Below, piece by piece: positions 59,701 to 64,000 of a DNA stretch of 64,000 nucleotides (within the stretch, counting starts at the first letter, position 1; each line of letters begins with the position of its first letter). A program made the translations under genes and the position numbers. The stretch comes from Oculina patagonica (lineage: Eukaryota). The notes below the pieces were generated by a model that was given only the letters and a program-made list of their open reading frames with translations, did no database searches and was not told where the DNA came from. Where the stretch lies: contig NC_135769.1 in the NCBI RefSeq assembly GCF_052425735.1, forward strand, positions 6,758,001 through 6,822,000, in the 5' to 3' direction.

Positions 59701-62700
59701 AGTAAACGGTGGTTACTCGCTTTGGGGACTATATGGCATATGTTCAAAGACCTGTGGGGGTGGGAGGCAGACCCGAACGAGAACATGTACCAATCCACCA
59801 CCAGCAAACGGGGGAAAAGACTGCAGTGGACTGGGACCCGATACTGCTAGCAGAGAATGCAACAATCAGATATGTCAACGTTAGATAAAGCTCTAATCAT
59901 CTGTTTATTTTCTATTCATTGCTTTGTTTGTTTTTAGTAAACAATCAGTAAATAATATATAATTGTGTCATAGAACTAAGTTCTAGCTAGAAGTGTACTA
60001 AAGCCTTTACAAGACGACATACTTTACCCGGGGTAAACCTACGAAAGCTGGCGTAGAAATTAATCAGGGATGCTATGTACCAAGACAGCTTTAAACTCTG
60101 TTTAAAATGCTTAAAGAGACTAAAATTTTTATGTAAACTTTAAGTTGGCTCAAAGTTCCTTAAATGCCAACTAGGGGTTTAAAGGCCTTTAAGAACATTT
60201 AATTGATAGCTTAAAGTTGGATAACCAACTTTAAGGAGATTTTAGCCACCTTCTGTAAATCTCCATTTTCATGCTGTGCAGAGCTTATCGTGCAGCATCT
60301 CTTTTCAAGTAAATACAATATTTAGCGCAAGATGGCAAGAAATTCAGGGACAAAAATATATGCATATAAAAAGTGATTGAACTAAGAGATACCATCATTT
60401 CGATTTTTTACACGCTTTTGTTAGTCGACGGTGGTTACTCGGAATGCGGTCCATATGATAAGTGTTCGAAAAGTTGTGGAATTCAGGGACAAAAATATAT
60501 GCATATAAAAGGTGATTGAACTAAGAGATACCATTTCGATTTTTTATTTGCTTTTGATAGTCGACGGTGGTTACTCGGATTGGGGATCATATGATAAGTG
60601 TTCGAAAAGTTGTGGAGGTGGGGTGCAGACGAGAACGAGAACATGTTCCAATCCACCGCCGGCAAACGGAGGAGAAGACTGTAGCGGACTGGGACCTGAC
60701 ACTGCTACCAGAGAATGTAACAATCAGGGATGTCCAGGTAAGGAGGACCAACACTAGTTTCAAAGTTCCAAAAGGACGTACTCCCCCCCCCCCCCCCCTC
60801 CTCCTCCTCCTGCCCCCCGCCTAAAGTAGCAATAAATTTCTACGGTTGTTGCCGAGACTCAAAAGCAGCGACTACCGAATGTAACAAGTTCCAAATAAAA
60901 ACGACTTTGCTAAACTCGGATCAAAATTTCATAACTATCTCAACAGAGTATATAATTCCCTTTTATTCCATGAATAAGGTAGCGTAAAAACAACTTATTG
61001 AGAAAACCCCTATCAAATATTACATATTCTACATTTGTTACAAGTGAAATGCTGTTACATAAATTTGGACTCTATCCGATGATGAAGTAGTAGTCCGGGA
61101 ACATATTAAATGGATTCGTTGTGTTTACTGTTTTATAGTAAACGGTGGTTACTCGATTTGGGGACTGTACGGCAAGTGTTCAAAGACTTGTGGGGGTGGG
61201 AGGCAGACCCGAACGAGAACATGTACCAATCCACCACCGGCAAATGGCGGAAAAGATTGCAGCGGACTGGGACCTGATTCTACTAGCAGAGAATGCAACA
61301 ATCAGATCTGTCCAAGTAAGATCAAACTTTTGTCATTTATTTGTTGATTATATTATTTATTTCTTGTTTTGTGTTTGTTTGTTTGTTTGTGTGTTTAAGT
61401 ATTTGTTTTTAGTCCAACGTCATCATCAGTGAGTAATATTTTATCTCTTTTGTTGTCAAAGTATTAAGCTGGAAGTGTTACTGAAGTCTTTGTCAGCATA
61501 TCGTGCAAACCCCTTTTTCAAGTTGATACAAAATTCGCCGCATGATGGCTATAAATGCATTGACAAAAAAGTACATTCAGCTTCTTAATCTGTAACCCAC
61601 AAGTCATGGAATGCACTGAAGAATAATATCTCCCAAACATTTACAAACTCCCTTTCCACCTGCAGCACTGATCATGATAGTTCACTTTCTGTCACTTACT
61701 CTAAGTTGTTTTGTATTCCGAAAGCATTTAGCACACCAAGCTGGACATCCAAGTTCGGCATACAGTCAGCTCTCTCTGAAACGGACACTGTCGGGACCGG
61801 CTCCAACTGTCCGTTTTAGAGACGTGTCCGTCTTGTAGGGCGTGTAGTTACAGTAAAATGACTGAAAAATGGCAGGGAAAGGACAAGCCCCTAGTGGCCG
61901 TCTGAAGACGGTCTTAATGGGGTTACCCGTTAGCCGTAAAACGGCCAAAAAAATTGGCCATTAGGCGTAAAAATGGGAACGTTTTAACCGCTAGCCGTAA
62001 AATATGTTAACCGTAAAAAAGGTCAGTAATTTTAAATAATACAGACTAGGTCACTTCATCGTCCCAGCATGGTCCAAAGACCAAAAATATGTTTTTCAAA
62101 AATGGAAATTAATGTTTAACTTTTAAAAACAATAGAAATTAATTTTAAACTTCTGTTAACCGTAATGGAAAAAAATTAACCGTTAGCCGTAAAACAACCA
62201 AAATTTTAACCGTTAACCGTAAAAGCCACCACCCCATTGAGACCCTCTCTTAAAGAGGTGTCCGTCTCATAGAGCTGTCCGTTAGAGGGTGTTGACTACA
62301 AAGTCGGGAATTCTTACCACTCTATTTTCGTTTGCGATCTAAAACAGGTTTCCGATACAATTGCAGTATTTCGCTTTTATATTTGCTAGAATAAACTGAA
62401 CAGCAGTGCAATTAAAATAAGAAAAATACATCTTAAAGTTATTTTATTAATCACCTTTTTCAAATTAAAGACACAAGGTTTTAAAAGTATATACTATTTT
62501 ACTGACAGAAACTTGGAAGTCAGTGGGATGTTACCAAAATAGAGGACGAGCTCTGGGCGATATCCTGGTAAAGCTAAAGGATTCTGCCGATATTTCAGAG
62601 AAATATGAGCAGTGTAGGACCGCGGCCAGCGACCAAGGGGTGACAGTTTTCGGTCTCGATGACAGCAAATGCTGGATTGGCCCAAATGCAGCAAGTTCTT

Positions 62701-63946
62701 ATGATAGGTACGGACTTGATAACGGGAAGTGCGGAAACACTAGAGAAGGTTTTGGTTATGGCTTCATGGCATCAGAAACTATGTTCGTCTACCAAAAGAA
62801 AGGAGGTAAATGATATAATTAAAAGTACATATCCTTTGCGTTGTTTACAGTGCCTCTCTCCGCCCAGGCTTCAAAAGATAGTGCAGAATGTTATGCTACT
62901 GATTAACTTACAGTATAAAGATTGATATTTCGCAGCTTTAAGCATCAATATCTTTATATATTTATATAATATATTTGAAACGTTGAAACACCCAACTTAA
63001 TTCTTACACTTTTCTTGCGACTATAACATTAAACGCTTGTTTTTTTCTTGTAACTATTTGTAACATGATAAGTTTGTTTTTCTGGCAAACAAAAAGCTAG
63101 GAGGGAAAGGTTACTTGCAATAGCAGTATAATACGCACTGGTTGCTACACTCTTCGTAGTGGAATCTCATAAGCGTGTGGTGGAATAAATTGACGAGGTG
63201 ACATTGAACAATTATCTTCGAAATCGGCCGAGTATCGACTTACTTAGCTGACGAGGCCATAGGCCGAGTTAGCTAAATTCATACGACAAGTTGCAAGAAT
63301 GAGCAGGATAGTTATTTTCAAGGAATTGAAATTTAAAATTACTAAACCATTGTGCAAGCTTATTGATCTTTCATCGTGTAAATTATCATTGCCAGACATC
63401 GCTGTTTTCGAATAATAGTTCTTACTCGTTGCGCTAAAATGAATTGCGATTTGAAGCCAATATAGGGACTATATAGGGTGTATGGCCATACGGGGCCCGT
63501 GGTCGCACGCAAAAAGTTATTCCAAGTTTTTAAACATATTCAGACAAAACGGACAAGCGACGATCCTGACAAACATGACACAAGCGACAATTTTCAAGAC
63601 ATTTACTGAACCATTTATCTTCCGTTCCATTAAAGGTGTTTGGCAACCAATTGATTGCTACAACAACGTGTCCCCTAAAGACGATTTCGCTTTGCCAGAA
63701 TTATTTGACAACAATGTGAGCAGTGTAACGGGACCCGATGCAATTTTTGACCACTGCAAGGGAAAAGCTGAAGCGTTTGGCTACAAGACGTTTGGGGCAG
63801 ACGATAAGAGTTGCTGGTCGGGAGACGAAGCTGAGAGAACTTACGACAAATATGGGGAGTCCAAGCTGTGTGATTTTAACACGAATACCGGGCATGGTTC
63901 AGGACAAGACAAAAACGGAGATGTATTTGTTTACAATTTGGCATGA
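35534..63946 (+). CDS. Gene C: secreted 6xF5/8C-multi-TSP1-2xWSC-like protein (or two fused or adjacent paralogs)
   Basis: Exons 35534-35585, 38136-38203, 40614-40871, 41386-(gap), 41866-42218, 42347-42488, 42868-43214, 43414-43555, 43838-44014, 44456-44470, 45188-45255, 45715-45972, 50032-50173, 50778-51130, 51251-51392, 52525-52871, 53913-54054, TSP1 array 54374-61315, 62509-62805, 63636-63946 (stop). Confidence 0.82.
38136..44014 (+). CDS. Gene C block 1: three F5/8C domains plus one TSP1
   Basis: Same exon sizes as gene B (68, 258, 142 partly in a gap, 353, 142, 347, 142, 177). Confidence 0.9.
38418..39593 (+). mobile_element. 5'-truncated non-LTR retrotransposon (CR1/L2-group ORF2 C-terminus)
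   Basis: 340-aa open frame with [45 protein letters not shown] and a C-terminal CxxC..EDEKHFLxxC zinc knuckle; sits in an intron of gene C; the 3' end runs into a gap. Confidence 0.9.
39594..39725. other. Assembly gap
   Basis: Run of N. Confidence 1.
41509..41680. other. Assembly gap hiding the end of a gene C exon
   Basis: Run of N beginning 19 nt before the expected exon end. Confidence 1.
44456..54054 (+). CDS. Gene C block 2: microexon plus three F5/8C domains
   Basis: 15, 68, 258, 142, 353, 142, 347, 142-nt exons, open frame. Confidence 0.9.
44617..44900 (+). mobile_element. tRNA-derived SINE with CORE-like and V-like segments
   Basis: A box TGGCCTAAAGG, B box GGTTCGAGCC, tgtgttcttgggcaagacactttactctc, ctagcatcccatcctgggggagtagaaatactcc. 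A diverged copy lies at about 16170-16402 on the minus strand. Confidence 0.8.
46180..46607. repeat. Degenerate tandem repeat (~140-bp unit) with GGTGCAGTCACC motifs, next to the DIRS relic
   Basis: Motif at about 46186, 46312, 46403, 46452, 46546 and 46595 with homologous intervening sequence. Confidence 0.8.
46750..48700 (-). mobile_element. Decayed DIRS-type retrotransposon (RT, RNase H, methyltransferase-like remnants)
   Basis: Broken frames give [64 protein letters not shown] and [26 protein letters not shown], with many stops and frameshifts. Confidence 0.8.
47663..47741 (+). repeat. Compound microsatellite (AAT)n(CAT)n
   Basis: Directly visible; inserted in the DIRS RT/RNase H region. 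Confidence 0.95.
50247..50432. mobile_element. Short MITE
   Basis: aatagaccatttccgagttac...gtaactcggaaattgcctatt TIRs. Confidence 0.7.
52157..52300 (+). pseudogene. Degenerate partial copy of the third-F5/8C exon
   Basis: acctgaaaatgccaagctgaac...gatcatagtcagtggcttcaag...attgccacacagg aligns, with indels, to 52637-52778. Confidence 0.75.
53030..53756. repeat. Palindromic repeat element with internal tandem duplications
   Basis: A ~205-bp unit (containing a ~112-bp palindrome) occurs twice, followed by 85-99-bp units three times. Another copy of the palindrome is at 63207-63313. Confidence 0.85.
54374..61315 (+). CDS. Gene C TSP1 exon array
   Basis: Intact 177-nt exons start at 54374, 54708, 55046, 55631, 56080, 56704, 57824, 58145, 58434, 59703, 60561 and 61139. 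Damaged copies at about 57004-57140, 57205-57373 and 57519-57696 (178 nt). Fragments at 55888-55918 and 60425-60480. Confidence 0.88.
59067..59627. mobile_element. TTAA MITE with a nested 225-bp element (59352-59576, 9-bp TSD)
   Basis: ttaa-agggacagtatca...tgaaactgtccct-ttaa; the inner caatctcgt..acgagattg is flanked by acaccttca on both sides. Confidence 0.85.
61763..62298. mobile_element. Tc1/pogo-like MITE with a nested element (about 61905-62247)
   Basis: ta-cagtcagctctctc...gagggtgttgact; gtgtccgtc repeats; the inner element has aaccgttagccgtaaaa repeats. Confidence 0.65.
62509..63946 (+). CDS. Gene C: two WSC-like Cys-rich domain exons
   Basis: 62509-62805 (297 nt) and 63636-63946, homologous to the terminal exons of genes A and B. 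Confidence 0.75.
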
Positions 63947-64000
63947 GGTTCGTGAACAAATTGATGTCATTCATCTAACTGATGCAGCCATGCCAGAGAA

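Noticed and set aside
54714-61432. Repeated alternative-frame ORFs (MVTRIGDH...RERVPIHHR)
   Set aside because: Shadow frames of the TSP1 exons, mostly starting at GTG and lacking independent support.

Overview
AT-rich, intron-containing animal DNA; the repeat families and protein domains look like those of a cnidarian, probably a stony coral (inference). The window holds a cluster of three paralogous multi-exon genes for secreted modular proteins: signal peptide, F5/8 type C (discoidin) domains, thrombospondin type-1 (TSP1) repeats, then two C-terminal 4-Cys WSC-like domains. Gene A (minus, 6068 to beyond the left edge) has 1 F5/8C and 2 TSP1. Gene B (minus, 33493-16504) has 3 F5/8C and 3 TSP1. 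Gene C (plus, 35534-63946, head-to-head with B) has 3 F5/8C + 1 TSP1 + 3 F5/8C + about 15 TSP1 exons, 12 of them intact. All module boundaries are phase 1. The paralogs show exon-level duplication, deletion, orphan pseudo-exons and mosaic similarity. Introns and intergenic DNA carry many mobile elements: a Penelope-like retroelement with a minimal hammerhead ribozyme and a nested 650-bp palindromic CAC..GTG element, a LINE 3' fragment, a decayed DIRS element, tRNA-derived SINEs, nested MITEs, and three palindrome families sharing a strand-specific GA-stem-GNA-stem-GA apex. There are two assembly gaps (39594-39725, 41509-41680). Exon coordinates were read by hand from GT-AG sites and paralog comparison; no database search was possible.
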